Below the pieces are notes generated by a model. It was not told where the DNA came from, searched no databases, and saw only the letters and a list, made by a program, of their open reading frames with translations. 64,000 bases of DNA from Bacillales bacterium UBA4951 (GTDB taxonomy: Bacteria; Bacillota_I; Bacilli_A; RFN20; CAG-826), in the NCBI GenBank assembly GCA_002397465.1, contig DHAP01000001.1, forward strand, positions 8,449 to 72,448, written 5' to 3'. Positions 20,138 to 29,766 of the stretch are shown here, in pieces; position 1 is the first letter of the stretch, and every line of letters begins with the position of its first letter. The position numbers and the translations under genes are program-made.

Positions 20138-21658
20138 CTAAGCCTTTGTTTCGACAGGCTCTAGCTTTGTTTTGCGCAAATCGATTTCTTTGAAGGCTTT
20201 TTTGATATACGAAGGCACGAACATGTAGTAGCAGGAAATGGCCAAAACCCAGCTGATGGGCCAAGTCGACCAAAGCCATGGAAGCGTGTGGAAGAACTCC
20301 ACGTTGTTCCATAAGGTAAGTATGAAGACAATTCTGAAAACCGTGACGGCCAAAAAGGTGATGACGGTCGGCGTGTTCGGATGGCCTAGACCCCTGCAGA
20401 AGGCCGAGGTATTGTCCATCCAGCCATCAAGGAAATAAGTAAGGCCGACCAATAGAAGCCTTTCCCTTCCTACCTCCAGGGCCTGTTCATACATCGCATG
20501 GGCCTCTTCTACGCTCACGCCCTCGCTTAAAAAAGAGCTCTCAGGGATGAAGATGCTGAGCAAAGGCTGATACAAAAGCACGCAGATGCCGCCAAGGCTC
20601 AACCCCAAAACGCCAGAGCAGGCCAACGACATCCACAAAGCTTTTTTGATGTTCTCTTTGTTTCCGGCCCCATAGTTTTGGGCGACGATGGCCACCACCG
20701 CGGTCGAAAAAGAGTTCATGACGATATAGATATATCCTTCGATCTGGATTGAGGCGCTATTGCCGGAAACTGCGACATCCTCGCTCAAAACCCCAGGAAT
20801 CGAGAACGAATTGACGCTCGACTGGATGAAGACGTTGCTGACTGAGAAAACGAATGACTGAAGGCCGGCTGGGATGCCGTTGATCAAAATCTCTTTTGTC
20901 TCATCTTTGTATAATTTCGCGCCTTTGAAGGTGAAATATGCAAAGGTCGATTTATCGTGTTTCATGAGGAAAAGGACGATAAGGATGGCCTCGACGGCTT
21001 GGGAGATGACAGTCGTCATGCCCACCGCGGAGACATCGTCGCCATTGGAATTCATATGGAAGCCAATGACGAAAAGAAAATTGAGGGCCACGTTAAGGAT
21101 TCCACAGGCCAGCAAAGCGTATAAAGGACGTTTGCTGTCGCCCATGGCCCTGAGGCAAGAAGCCCCGAAGTTGAAGACCATGAGAAACGGAAGGCCGATG
21201 AAATACCATTGGAGGTAAATCGTCGAATAGGCGATGTACTGTTTTGGGGTCTGCATCCATTCTAAGAGAGTCGGAGCCAAAAAGTATCCGATGAAGGCCA
21301 TGGCAATGCCGAAAATGACGCTGAGGATCATCGCGCTTTCGATGGCCTTGTGAGCCTTCTCAGGATTGTTCTGTCCCTTGGCTTTTGCCACCACCACGTT
21401 GGCCCCAACCGAAACCCCGACGAAAAGGCCTATCAATAGGTTGATGAGCGAACTGTTGGAACTGATAGCGTCGAAGGAGTTATGACCGCCCCCGAAATTG
21501 GAGACGACATACTGGTCCATTGAGCTATAAAGAAGCTGAAACAAAGAAAGCAAAAGAATAGGAATGGTGAAGACAATCATCTTCTTGAAGAGATTGCCTG
21601 TGGTAAGGTCTATCTCGCGACTCCAGAACCCGTTTTTCTTTTCGCTTGGATTAGCCAT
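20138..21658 (-). CDS. MATE family efflux transporter
   Basis: 506 aa, 12 TM; MATE-like segments throughout. Confidence 0.8.
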   Translation of the reverse strand: MANPSEKKNGFWSREIDLTTGNLFKKMIVFTIPILLLSLFQLLYSSMDQYVVSNFGGGHNSFDAISSNSSLINLLIGLFVGVSVGANVVVAKAKGQNNPEKAHKAIESAMILSVIFGIAMAFIGYFLAPTLLEWMQTPKQYIAYSTIYLQWYFIGLPFLMVFNFGASCLRAMGDSKRPLYALLACGILNVALNFLFVIGFHMNSNGDDVSAVGMTTVISQAVEAILIVLFLMKHDKSTFAYFTFKGAKLYKDETKEILINGIPAGLQSFVFSVSNVFIQSSVNSFSIPGVLSEDVAVSGNSASIQIEGYIYIVMNSFSTAVVAIVAQNYGAGNKENIKKALWMSLACSGVLGLSLGGICVLLYQPLLSIFIPESSFLSEGVSVEEAHAMYEQALEVGRERLLLVGLTYFLDGWMDNTSAFCRGLGHPNTPTVITFLAVTVFRIVFILTLWNNVEFFHTLPWLWSTWPISWVLAISCYYMFVPSYIKKAFKEIDLRKTKLEPVETKA

Positions 21659-21669
21659 GCAATGGATAT

Positions 21670-21716
21670 CCTAAGCCTTTAAAAACAAATAAAAAGAAAA
21701 GGGCTTCATTAACTCT
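21670..21716 (-). terminator. rho-independent terminator of the short-chain dehydrogenase gene
   Basis: Hairpin aagggctt-cattaactctttga-aagccctt, followed on the minus strand by a T-rich tract. Confidence 0.5.
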
Positions 21717-21744
21717 TTGAAAGCCCTTTCAAATGTCTAGCGGC

Positions 21745-22536
21745 TCACTTCTCGTCGACGATTGGCGAGGTGATGTTCTTCATGAGGTGACGGACGCACT
21801 TCCTTGAAAGAATGCGGACGTCGAAGGCCCTCCGTTTGTTCTTGAAGCCAGGGATGACCACCACTTTGCCTTTCATGAGGGCTTTATAAGCCTCGTTTGC
21901 GGCCTTTTGGGGGTCGATTGGCTTGAACTTCTTGACGATCTTGGATTTGTCCATTCCGCTCTCTTCGAGGAACTCGGTCCTGATTGGGCCGGGGCAGAAG
22001 CAGGAAATGATGACTCCGCTCTTCTCTTCTTCGACCGCCAGGGCCTCGGTGAAAGAAAGAACAAAGGATTTTGAGGCATAGAAAACCGCGAGGTTTGGTC
22101 CGGGCTGGAAGGCCGCGGTCGAGGAAACGTTCATGATATAGCCATGATGTTTCTCATTCATGTCATGAAGGAACAAATAGGTAAGATCGAGCGGCGTGAC
22201 GATATCCAACTGGACGTTTGTCTCATTGTCGACGGCGCTGGAATTCTTGAACGGGCCAAAGGTTCCGCCTGAGGCGTTGTTGACCAAAACCTCGACGTTT
22301 ATCTTATGTTCACGGCAGAACGAGTAAATGTTCTCAGCCGAGTTTCCATCACGAAGGTCGATCTCAATCGTCTCGACTTTGACGCCATAAGAATCAACCA
22401 ATCTCTTTTTGGCAGAAGAAAGAGCCCCGCCATCTTTGCCAACCAAGACAAGGTCATGATGATGCCTAGCAAATTCCTCAGCCAAGGCAAAGCCCATTCC
22501 GGTCGAAGCCCCTGTTATCAAAGTGACGTGTTCCAT
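21745..22536 (-). CDS. SDR family oxidoreductase
   Basis: 263 aa; TGASTGMG Rossmann motif; classic SDR YxxxK. Confidence 0.85.
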   Translation of the reverse strand: MEHVTLITGASTGMGFALAEEFARHHHDLVLVGKDGGALSSAKKRLVDSYGVKVETIEIDLRDGNSAENIYSFCREHKINVEVLVNNASGGTFGPFKNSSAVDNETNVQLDIVTPLDLTYLFLHDMNEKHHGYIMNVSSTAAFQPGPNLAVFYASKSFVLSFTEALAVEEEKSGVIISCFCPGPIRTEFLEESGMDKSKIVKKFKPIDPQKAANEAYKALMKGKVVVIPGFKNKRRAFDVRILSRKCVRHLMKNITSPIVDEK

Positions 22537-22775
22537 AAGCCTTCCTCTTTTTAAAACATTATAGGGTTTGAAGAATATTTTTAAAGAGAAAATGTCTCTT
22601 ACTTTCCTTGTTTTATTAGTGGAAAATTAACCATCATATCTATCTTTTTGAACTAGTGGTTGCTTTTTAAACCATCAATATGAGTCTTAAGGGTCTTAAC
22701 AAATAATGAAAATAATCCTTTACATCCTGACGAATTCTTGTTTAATTCATGTGTCCAAGGAAACTTGGGCGATAA

Positions 22776-22917
22776 AGCAAAATAGAGGCGCGGACAGCCA
22801 ATAGCTTGAATAAAGCGAGGGGCCGACCGCCGAAAGAACTCCCTTAAAGGAGGATCTTGGGCGAACGGAGAACATCCGTTCGACTGTCACCCGCGAAACG
22901 GGTGGAGAGCTATTGCT
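22776..22917 (+). promoter_or_regulatory. lysine riboswitch (L-box) aptamer
   Basis: 5' AGAGGCGC element; CGCCGAAAG; CUGUCA-helix-GGAGAGCUAUUGC 3' element closing P1 with AAUAG/CUAUU; the layout mirrors the B. subtilis lysC leader; lies upstream of an amino-acid ABC transporter. Confidence 0.75.
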
Positions 22918-22943
22918 TACTAAATGCGCATTTTTGCGTTTTG

Positions 22944-22979
22944 AGGTAGCAATGGGCTCATTGCTACTTTTCTTTTTTG
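22944..22979 (+). terminator. riboswitch expression-platform terminator (attenuator)
   Basis: gtagcaatg-ggct-cattgctac hairpin plus ttttctttttt; the 5' arm can alternatively pair with the P1 3' strand gctattgc (antiterminator). Confidence 0.7.
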
Positions 22980-22988
22980 GAGGTAATT

Positions 22989-23840
22989 ATGAAAAACGGA
23001 AAAGCGCTTTGCAGTCTATTATTATTGTCGATGTTCGCAATGTCGGGTTGTTCCACCACAATGAGCAATGACTCCTTGATCGTCGGTATCGAGTGTGCCT
23101 ATGCCCCATTCAACTGGATCGATAAGACCAGCAATTCCTACAATATGCCGATATCCAACCATTCAGGGCAATATGCCGATGGCTTCGATGTCCAAATCGC
23201 CAAACAGCTCGGCCAGGAATTAGGCAAAGAAGTGACGATCGTCCAGACTCCGTGGGAGAGTCTCATCGCCGATCTGCAAACCGGGAACATCAATTGCATC
23301 ATCTCTGGAATGACCGATACGAACGAAAGAGAACTAAGCATCGATTTCTCCGATGAGTACTATCGTTCAGAGTTGGTCCTTATAGTCAAAAAAAGCATCG
23401 CGGACGCTCATCCGACAGCCTTAAGCGCCACCGAATTCGGGGACCTCGTGAACGGACAGATCATCGTCTCTCAGAAATCCACAGCAACCGATGACATGAT
23501 CGATATCTTCTCAACCACCTATGGTGCCATTCATGCCACGCCAGTCTCGACCTTCCCCTTAGCGGCCCAAGACGTCAAGAACGGCTCGGCCTTTGCCATG
23601 ACGGCCGAACTTCCCGTCGCCAATTCCATCACCTCTTCGATCTCGGAATTAGGCATTATCCACATCGATCAAAGCATTTTGGGCGAAGACCAATATCAAT
23701 TAGGTGTTTCGGTTGGCCTGAAGAAAGGCAACAGCGAGCTTCAAAGCCAAATCAATTCCGTGATTGACGGCTGGAGCGAATCATGGAAGCTATCGACGAT
23801 GGAGGCCGCTCTCTCCAGAGCCAGCGCTTTGGAGGAATAA
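22989..23840 (+). CDS. amino-acid ABC transporter substrate-binding lipoprotein (probably lysine/basic amino acid)
   Basis: ATG at 22989 preceded by a GGAGG RBS (the track ORF starts at TTG 22977); lipobox LSMFAMSGC; SBP_bac_3-like body. Confidence 0.75.
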   Translation: MKNGKALCSLLLLSMFAMSGCSTTMSNDSLIVGIECAYAPFNWIDKTSNSYNMPISNHSGQYADGFDVQIAKQLGQELGKEVTIVQTPWESLIADLQTGNINCIISGMTDTNERELSIDFSDEYYRSELVLIVKKSIADAHPTALSATEFGDLVNGQIIVSQKSTATDDMIDIFSTTYGAIHATPVSTFPLAAQDVKNGSAFAMTAELPVANSITSSISELGIIHIDQSILGEDQYQLGVSVGLKKGNSELQSQINSVIDGWSESWKLSTMEAALSRASALEE

Positions 23841-23841
23841 G

Positions 23842-24621
23842 ATGGATCTCTTTTCACAAATCGGATATTTGCTTTCCAATTACGGCGATTTCTTTCTCAA
23901 AGGCTTAGCCACCACCGTCATCTTGGCCTTGGTCGGCACCGGAGTTGGTCTTTTCTTGGGAACTTTCCTAGCTTTCGGCGAAAGAATCAAAATCAAAAAT
24001 GACGCCAAAGGACTCGACAAAGCCTGGCGTTATCTCGTCAAAGGCCTTTGCCACGCCTATTCCATCATCATCAGGGGAACCCCGATGATGGTTCAGGCCA
24101 TGATCTTCAAATACGGATTCCAGGCCATGGGTGTCAATTGGAATTTGATCCTTCCGGGCGTCGATGTCTTTGATGGTTGGACCATTGCCGGCCTCATTGT
24201 CATCTCATTAAACACCACTGCGTATATGTGCGAAGACGTCAACAGCGGTTTAAATGGCATCGACAAAGGGCAGATTGAAGGAGCCAGAAGCCTTGGAATG
24301 TCTCGTTTTCAGACGAATATGTTCATCGCACTTCCTCAGGCTCTTCGTAACTCCCTTCCGACCATCGGCAACGAGCTCATTATCAACATCAAGGACTCCA
24401 GCGTCTTGAACGTCATCGGGGTCAGTGAGCTCTACTTCATGTCCAGCGCGGCCGCCAACAAAGGATATATGACGATCGCATCATACATAATCGTCGCCAT
24501 CATTTACCTTTTGTTGACTCTATTGTCTACTGGCGCCCTAAAGCTGATCGAAAGAAAATTCGATGGCAAAGAGTTCCACTTCTCCTATTTTAGGAACCGT
24601 CAGAAAGGAGTGAACGCATGA
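23842..24621 (+). CDS. amino-acid ABC transporter permease
   Basis: Start [11 protein letters not shown] just after the SBP stop; polar amino-acid permease EAA-like loop ([15 protein letters not shown]). Confidence 0.75.
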   Translation: MDLFSQIGYLLSNYGDFFLKGLATTVILALVGTGVGLFLGTFLAFGERIKIKNDAKGLDKAWRYLVKGLCHAYSIIIRGTPMMVQAMIFKYGFQAMGVNWNLILPGVDVFDGWTIAGLIVISLNTTAYMCEDVNSGLNGIDKGQIEGARSLGMSRFQTNMFIALPQALRNSLPTIGNELIINIKDSSVLNVIGVSELYFMSSAAANKGYMTIASYIIVAIIYLLLTLLSTGALKLIERKFDGKEFHFSYFRNRQKGVNA

Positions 24622-25343
24622 GCATCCTTGAAATCAAAGACCTTCATAAATCATTTGGGAGCAATAACGTCCTCAATGGCATCACTTTCAGTTTGGAAAA
24701 AGGCGAATGCGTCGCTTTGCTAGGGCCATCTGGAGGCGGCAAAAGCACTTTGCTACGCTGCCTGGACCTTTTGGAGAGCCCAACTTCTGGGGATATTCTC
24801 TTCAATGGTGAAAGCATCCTCAAAAAAGGCAGCGACCATAATGCCATCCGTACCAAAATCGGGATGGTCTTCCAGCAGTTCAACCTCTTCGCCAATTATG
24901 ACGTCCTCGGCAACTGCGTCCTCGCTCAACGCAAAGTCCTCAAAAGAGGCAAAAAAGAAGCTGAGGAAATAGCCATCGAAAAGCTGAAGATGGTCGGCTT
25001 ATATGACAAAATCCACTGCAAAGTCAGCGAGATATCCGGCGGTCAGAAGCAAAGGGTGGCCATCGCCAGAAGCCTTTGCATGGACCCAGACATCCTTCTC
25101 TTCGATGAGCCGACGAGCGCCCTCGATCCTGAAATGGTCGGCGAAGTCCTCGGCGTCATGAAAGACTTGGCTGAAAAAGGGATGACCATGATGGTCGCGA
25201 CCCACGAGATGGGTTTTGCCCATGACGTCGCCGATCGGGTCATCTTCATCGATGGCGGCCTCATCCGCAAAGAAGGCGGCCCCGCCACTTTCTTCCAAAA
25301 AAGCGATGACGAGAGGCTCAACCGCTTCCTCAATCTCAAATAA
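24618..25343 (+). CDS. amino-acid ABC transporter ATP-binding protein
   Basis: 241 aa; Walker [10 protein letters not shown]; signature [13 protein letters not shown]; Walker [12 protein letters not shown]. Confidence 0.85.
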   Translation: MSILEIKDLHKSFGSNNVLNGITFSLEKGECVALLGPSGGGKSTLLRCLDLLESPTSGDILFNGESILKKGSDHNAIRTKIGMVFQQFNLFANYDVLGNCVLAQRKVLKRGKKEAEEIAIEKLKMVGLYDKIHCKVSEISGGQKQRVAIARSLCMDPDILLFDEPTSALDPEMVGEVLGVMKDLAEKGMTMMVATHEMGFAHDVADRVIFIDGGLIRKEGGPATFFQKSDDERLNRFLNLK

Positions 25344-25349
25344 GCTAAG

Positions 25350-25381
25350 AAAAAGCCTCGCGGATTCCGCGAGGTTTTTTT
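25350..25381 (+). terminator. rho-independent terminator of the amino-acid ABC operon
   Basis: cctcgcgg-attc-cgcgagg hairpin followed by T7. Confidence 0.8.
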
Positions 25382-25388
25382 GCGTTTG

Positions 25389-25464
25389 TGGTGGCCCAGC
25401 CCGGGGATGATCCGGGGACACCAGCCTTTTCAGGGCTGTGCTCTACCAGCTGAGCTACCGGGCC
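25389..25464 (-). tRNA. tRNA-Phe (GAA)
   Basis: Cloverleaf GGCCCGG/CTGGGCC acceptor; anticodon loop CUGAAAA; encoded CCA. The T-loop reads AUCAUCC (A54/U58 instead of the usual U54/A58). Confidence 0.75.
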
Positions 25465-25469
25465 ACAAT

Positions 25470-25546
25470 TGGCGGACCATACGAGATTCGAACTCGTGAT
25501 CTTCTCCGTGACAGGGAGACATGTTAGACCGCTACACCAATGGTCC
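25470..25546 (-). tRNA. tRNA-Asp (GUC)
   Basis: Acceptor GGACCAT/ATGGTCC; anticodon loop CUGUCAC; T-loop TTCGAAT; encoded CCA. Confidence 0.85.
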
Positions 25547-25675
25547 AATTGGCACGCCTAACTATTATCCACACCGCACCTAGCCTTTGCAAGTATTTTA
25601 AGGAGCTTTATTCCTTTAATGGCAAGGGGCTTAGAAAAGGCCCTCCCGAGGGAAGGCCTTGGTGTGTCCGCTCGA

Positions 25676-26218
25676 TCAATAATTGACGGCGCGAAGCTCG
25701 AAATAGCTCTGTGGATGTCCGCAGACCGGGCACTTCAAAGGAGCGTATTTGCCGATCACGATGTGACCGCAGTTGCGGCATTTCCAAACGGAAAGGTCAT
25801 TTCCGATGTAAACGACGCCGCCTTTGACGTTCTCCAAAAGTTTGCGATATCTCTCCTCATGGGTCTTCTCGATCTTGGCGACCATCTCAAACTTGTAGGC
25901 GATTTCCTCGAAGCCTTCCTCGTGGGCGGTCTTGGCGAACCCGGCATACATGTCGGTCCACTCATAGTTTTCGCCGGCGGCGGCCGCGGCTAAATTCTCG
26001 GCAGTGCTGCCGATCTCGCCGTTCGGTTGAAGGTATTTGAACCAAAGTTTGGCGTGTTCTTTCTCGTTTCCGCTGGTCTCTTCGAAGATGCTGGCGATTT
26101 GCTCGTAGCCTTCTTTCTTGGCCTTGCTCGCGAAATAGAGATATTTGTTGGTGGCTTGGCTCTCACCGGCAAAAGCCGTCTGAAGATTCTTCTCGGTCTT
26201 GGATCCTTTTAATTCCAT
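25676..26218 (-). CDS. rubrerythrin
   Basis: Start MELKGSK (ATG at 26218); ferritin-like diiron region plus C-terminal rubredoxin-like CxxC...CxxC (CRNCGH...CPVCGH). Confidence 0.85.
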   Translation of the reverse strand: MELKGSKTEKNLQTAFAGESQATNKYLYFASKAKKEGYEQIASIFEETSGNEKEHAKLWFKYLQPNGEIGSTAENLAAAAAGENYEWTDMYAGFAKTAHEEGFEEIAYKFEMVAKIEKTHEERYRKLLENVKGGVVYIGNDLSVWKCRNCGHIVIGKYAPLKCPVCGHPQSYFELRAVNY

Positions 26219-26326
26219 ATTGGTTTTAGGATTCCTCCTTAATGACAATTATTATAGATTAGGAAAAGCAGTTAGCAAATACAACGCACCATAATTTGTT
26301 TGGTCGGCTCTTATAAAGAGCCTTCT

Positions 26327-27127
26327 TTATTTCTTTTCGTCATCCTTCAAAGGAAGGTAACGGATGTATTCTACGTTCTCAAAGCTGGAGGAAACATCGA
26401 CCATGTAGCCATAAACGGCCTCGCGAAGAAGCTTCGTTCTCTCTTTTAAGGTCTTGGACATATCAGGATAGATCGGGTCGCTCACATGGACGACGGGGCG
26501 AGGTTTGCGGAATTTAAAGATCCAGTGTTCCTCATAAGTCGTGCACATCGCGAAAACCGGAGCCCCTAGCTGAGCCGGATAGGTGAAAGAGGTCTCGGGG
26601 AATGGGCGGATCCTCGTGCAATAAGGCCAGATGTGAGCCTCAGGGAAGATGATGATGGGGTTCCCGACATAATAACGATGGCTGATGGCCTCGATGAACT
26701 TCTCGGTTTGCTTTGGGGTCTCCGGAAGCGGCATGGCCCCAAGCATCACTTCTAAGTAACGGATTCCTGGAATCGAAACGGCTTCCCTTGAACAGACCAA
26801 AAAGCTCTTTCGGGGGTTGGTAATGACGGTCGGGGCAAACATCCCATCGCCGACGGATGTGTGATTGCCATAGAGGAAATATCCATGCCTAAGGTGGGCT
26901 TTTCTGATCTTCTTGGCCCCCACTACCCTGAAACTCCAGCCGATTTTGCCAACCAGCCACAAAACAGGTATGGCGATGACGTAATACAAAAAGCACGAGA
27001 AGACGTAATAAACAAGGCCCTTATGGAGATACCGGAAGTTCTCCGGAAGATGCTTCATCTTGACCTGGGCCTTGGTGAAATCGTCATTCAAGGGGTCTTT
27101 GTAATACTGGGTCTTTTGGGTTCTCAT
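26327..27127 (-). CDS. lysophospholipid acyltransferase (PlsC/LPLAT-like) family protein, paralog of 1923..2729
   Basis: Start MRTQKTQYYK at 27127 (ATGA overlap with the GT4 stop); HX4D motif GNHTSVGDG; shared FPEAHIWPYCT segment with the paralog. Confidence 0.7.
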   Translation of the reverse strand: MRTQKTQYYKDPLNDDFTKAQVKMKHLPENFRYLHKGLVYYVFSCFLYYVIAIPVLWLVGKIGWSFRVVGAKKIRKAHLRHGYFLYGNHTSVGDGMFAPTVITNPRKSFLVCSREAVSIPGIRYLEVMLGAMPLPETPKQTEKFIEAISHRYYVGNPIIIFPEAHIWPYCTRIRPFPETSFTYPAQLGAPVFAMCTTYEEHWIFKFRKPRPVVHVSDPIYPDMSKTLKERTKLLREAVYGYMVDVSSSFENVEYIRYLPLKDDEKK

Positions 27128-28281
27128 TCTTTTCTTTGGGGCTCTTTTTTTATTTTGGCGGTGTCTTCGATGAGCTTTTCCATCTTCTCCATGCAGAGAT
27201 CGAAGTTGAATTGTCCGCAGAAAGCCTCGTATTTCTTCGAGCATTCCTTTTTTTCTTCCGGATGCTCGACCCAATAGTCGATCTTTTTGGCGAGGTCATG
27301 GAAATCATTCAGCTTAAAGAGGTTGTTCTCCTCCAAAGCGAAATACTTGGTCGCCGACTTCGGCGAATCGTTGATGACTGGGACAAGGCCGCATGAAAGG
27401 GCCTCAAGGCAGGATATCGCCTCGATCTCAATCTCGGAGGTATGGACATAGAGGTCGCACATATTGATCATCTTGACCATCTCTGGGCGCTTGAAGAAAC
27501 GGTATTGCGGCTCGACGCCGAGCTTTTTGGAAAGTTTCTGAAGTTCTTTGAGCCTTGGCCCCTCGCCTGCCAAAACGATTTGGATCTTGTCTTTGTATTT
27601 GGAAAGGGCCACGGCCTTTAAAAGAAGGGCCTGTCTCTTCTCTTTGGAGTAACGGCCGGTGCAAAGGATGACGAACTTGCCTTTAAGGCTTTCTTCCCGC
27701 TCGATCTCGATATGATGGAAATCACCGCTGACGCCATTGGAGATGACGACGCCTGGAGTCTTTTGGTGAATGTTCTTTTCAAAGGTGTCGCGGATGAACT
27801 CGGTCGGATAATGGATGACGTCCACGTATTTGTAAAAATGGTTCCAGAAGTTCATGTAGACCATGTGGTTGATCTTTTGGTTTTTGATGAAGTTGAAGAA
27901 ATGGGCGGTGACGTTCTCGGCCTGGACATGGAAACCGGCGGAAACCGGGATCCCCATCCTGTTGGCTAGTTTGGCGGCCGAACGCCCAACCATGAAAGGC
28001 ATCATGATATGAACTTCGTCCGATCCTTTAAGAGCCCGCGCGATCGTCATGAAATCAGGGTTTGAAAGGACGACGCCGTTATTGTTGACGATGCTTTGAA
28101 AAGGGCCGACGTTAAGGGTTGGGACGACATAATACCCCTTCTTGTCTTTTTTGTCGGCGTCTGGGCAGACGATGCGGACGGTGTTCCCATGGGCGGTCAA
28201 AGTGTTGATGAGATTCATGGCCGCGATGGTCGTGCCATTATTCGGGACGCCAAAGACGTCAGCGACGATCGTGACTATCAT
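27124..28281 (-). CDS. family 4 glycosyltransferase (GT-B), probable diacylglycerol/glycolipid glycosyltransferase
   Basis: 385 aa; GT4 EX7E-region EAISCLEALSCGLVPVINDS; resembles Mollicutes/Firmicutes glycolipid synthases (inference). Confidence 0.65.
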   Translation of the reverse strand: MIVTIVADVFGVPNNGTTIAAMNLINTLTAHGNTVRIVCPDADKKDKKGYYVVPTLNVGPFQSIVNNNGVVLSNPDFMTIARALKGSDEVHIMMPFMVGRSAAKLANRMGIPVSAGFHVQAENVTAHFFNFIKNQKINHMVYMNFWNHFYKYVDVIHYPTEFIRDTFEKNIHQKTPGVVISNGVSGDFHHIEIEREESLKGKFVILCTGRYSKEKRQALLLKAVALSKYKDKIQIVLAGEGPRLKELQKLSKKLGVEPQYRFFKRPEMVKMINMCDLYVHTSEIEIEAISCLEALSCGLVPVINDSPKSATKYFALEENNLFKLNDFHDLAKKIDYWVEHPEEKKECSKKYEAFCGQFNFDLCMEKMEKLIEDTAKIKKEPQRKE

Positions 28282-28970
28282 AAGTCACCTTTCTTTTCGT
28301 CGACGAGAGGCCAAGGGTCTTTCTCATCCTTGATCACGAAGTTGACTTCGGAATTGGCTATTTGGGCGAAACGGACGCGTTTTCTTTTGATGGATGGCCT
28401 TTCGAAGAAGAACTTATCGACCGCATCCCAGATGAAAACCCAGCTGGCGATGGAGATGACCTCGGCGATCAAGACGAGGTATTTAGGCAAACTGGAGTTG
28501 ATTTGGGTGGCCGCGGACATCGCGATGTAGATGCTGAGGAGCAAAACCCCGAAAGCGGTCATGAGAAGCGAATGAAGGCTGCAGCGATGAAGCTCTTCGC
28601 TTGAGTCGTCGAGCTCGAAGGCGTAATTCTCTTTGAATTCCCTTTCAATGAGGGATTCCATCTTGGTGTCTTCAGGGGTCAATATGAAATCAATCGCGAG
28701 AGAATCATATATTTTTGTATATTTGGCAACTCCTTCGATGTATTCGAAGATGCCGTCTGATAACGAGGAGGCCGATGAGTATTGCTCGAATATTTTGTTT
28801 CCGTGCCTTAAATCAACGCGGATATGGGAATACCCGTCTTCTTGCTTGAGTCTTTCGGCATAGTCCTCAAGATAATGAGAATCACGATGGAGGATGCCTT
28901 TGACTTCTGTATTGAGGACCTCCCCTTCTTTTTTGAAGGCTTGGTTTATTTCTTCTTTGTTGTCTTTCAT
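28278..28970 (-). CDS. hypothetical membrane protein (soluble N-domain plus 2 TM), co-translated with GT4
   Basis: 230 aa; two C-terminal hydrophobic helices; stop overlaps the GT4 start (28278-28281). Confidence 0.5.
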   Translation of the reverse strand: MKDNKEEINQAFKKEGEVLNTEVKGILHRDSHYLEDYAERLKQEDGYSHIRVDLRHGNKIFEQYSSASSLSDGIFEYIEGVAKYTKIYDSLAIDFILTPEDTKMESLIEREFKENYAFELDDSSEELHRCSLHSLLMTAFGVLLLSIYIAMSAATQINSSLPKYLVLIAEVISIASWVFIWDAVDKFFFERPSIKRKRVRFAQIANSEVNFVIKDEKDPWPLVDEKKGDL

Positions 28971-28993
28971 TGCCGCTATATTTTCACACTATT

Positions 28994-29013
28994 GCCCCTT
29001 TTTTAAAAGGGGC
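28994..29013 (-). terminator. hairpin, probable terminator of the 29051..29644 gene
   Basis: gcccctttttt-aaaaggggc palindrome in a 80-nt intergenic gap. Confidence 0.35.
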
Positions 29014-29050
29014 GGTAATTCTATTCATTCTTGTTGAAAAGTAGAATGTC

Positions 29051-29644
29051 TCATTCGATCTCGTTCCCGATTCGCAGCATGAAAAGATATTGGGAAGCGC
29101 GATAGGCGAGACAGGAGAGGACCAAAAGGCTCACGACGGAGCTGGCCAAACTAAACGAAAAATAGAGAATCGCAAGGCCTAAGCCCATCTCCACAAGATA
29201 TGGGGCGAACAAGAACCAAAGGCTGACTTTCCGTTTGGCCAGCCCGCAGATCGGATAAACCGCGGATACGAGGATGGGCAAGAAGGAAACAAGACCCAAA
29301 ATCGAGATGATTTTCATGGGCAAAGAATCCTTGCTTTCCAAACTTGGCAGGTAGATGAGGCAGACCGTCAAAAAGGCGAACGCGAGGAATAAGGAAAGGA
29401 AGAAGCTCCAATTGCCAAAGCTCTTGTCTTTATGGAAGTCCAGAAGAAGGGAGATCACCATGGCCAAGAAGAAGACGATTCCAGCCCCGGAAAAAGCCGT
29501 CAATGAGAAGACGACGTTATGAAGGTGAAGGTAGGTGCCATAGATGAAATATCCGATGACCGCAAACGTGGCTATGAAAAGGAGCACCAGACCAGCAACC
29601 TTGGTCGCATAATCTATTTTTTTGGTTTTTTCATTGATGTCCAT
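29051..29644 (-). CDS. hypothetical polytopic membrane protein
   Basis: 197 aa; about 6 hydrophobic helices; no recognisable motif. Confidence 0.45.
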   Translation of the reverse strand: MDINEKTKKIDYATKVAGLVLLFIATFAVIGYFIYGTYLHLHNVVFSLTAFSGAGIVFFLAMVISLLLDFHKDKSFGNWSFFLSLFLAFAFLTVCLIYLPSLESKDSLPMKIISILGLVSFLPILVSAVYPICGLAKRKVSLWFLFAPYLVEMGLGLAILYFSFSLASSVVSLLVLSCLAYRASQYLFMLRIGNEIE

Positions 29645-29766
29645 CTTTGAATATTATCTCCTAGAATCCTTGCTTGCACAAGACGCCCACAACAGGCTCT
29701 TCATGAGTGCATTATACTCTAAAAATTATAAGAAAACCCTAGGACTAGCCTAGGGATTTTGCCGTT

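Noticed and set aside
25345-25548. 67-aa minus-strand ORF in the track
   Set aside because: Lies entirely within tRNA-Phe and tRNA-Asp; it is a translation artefact of the tRNA sequences.
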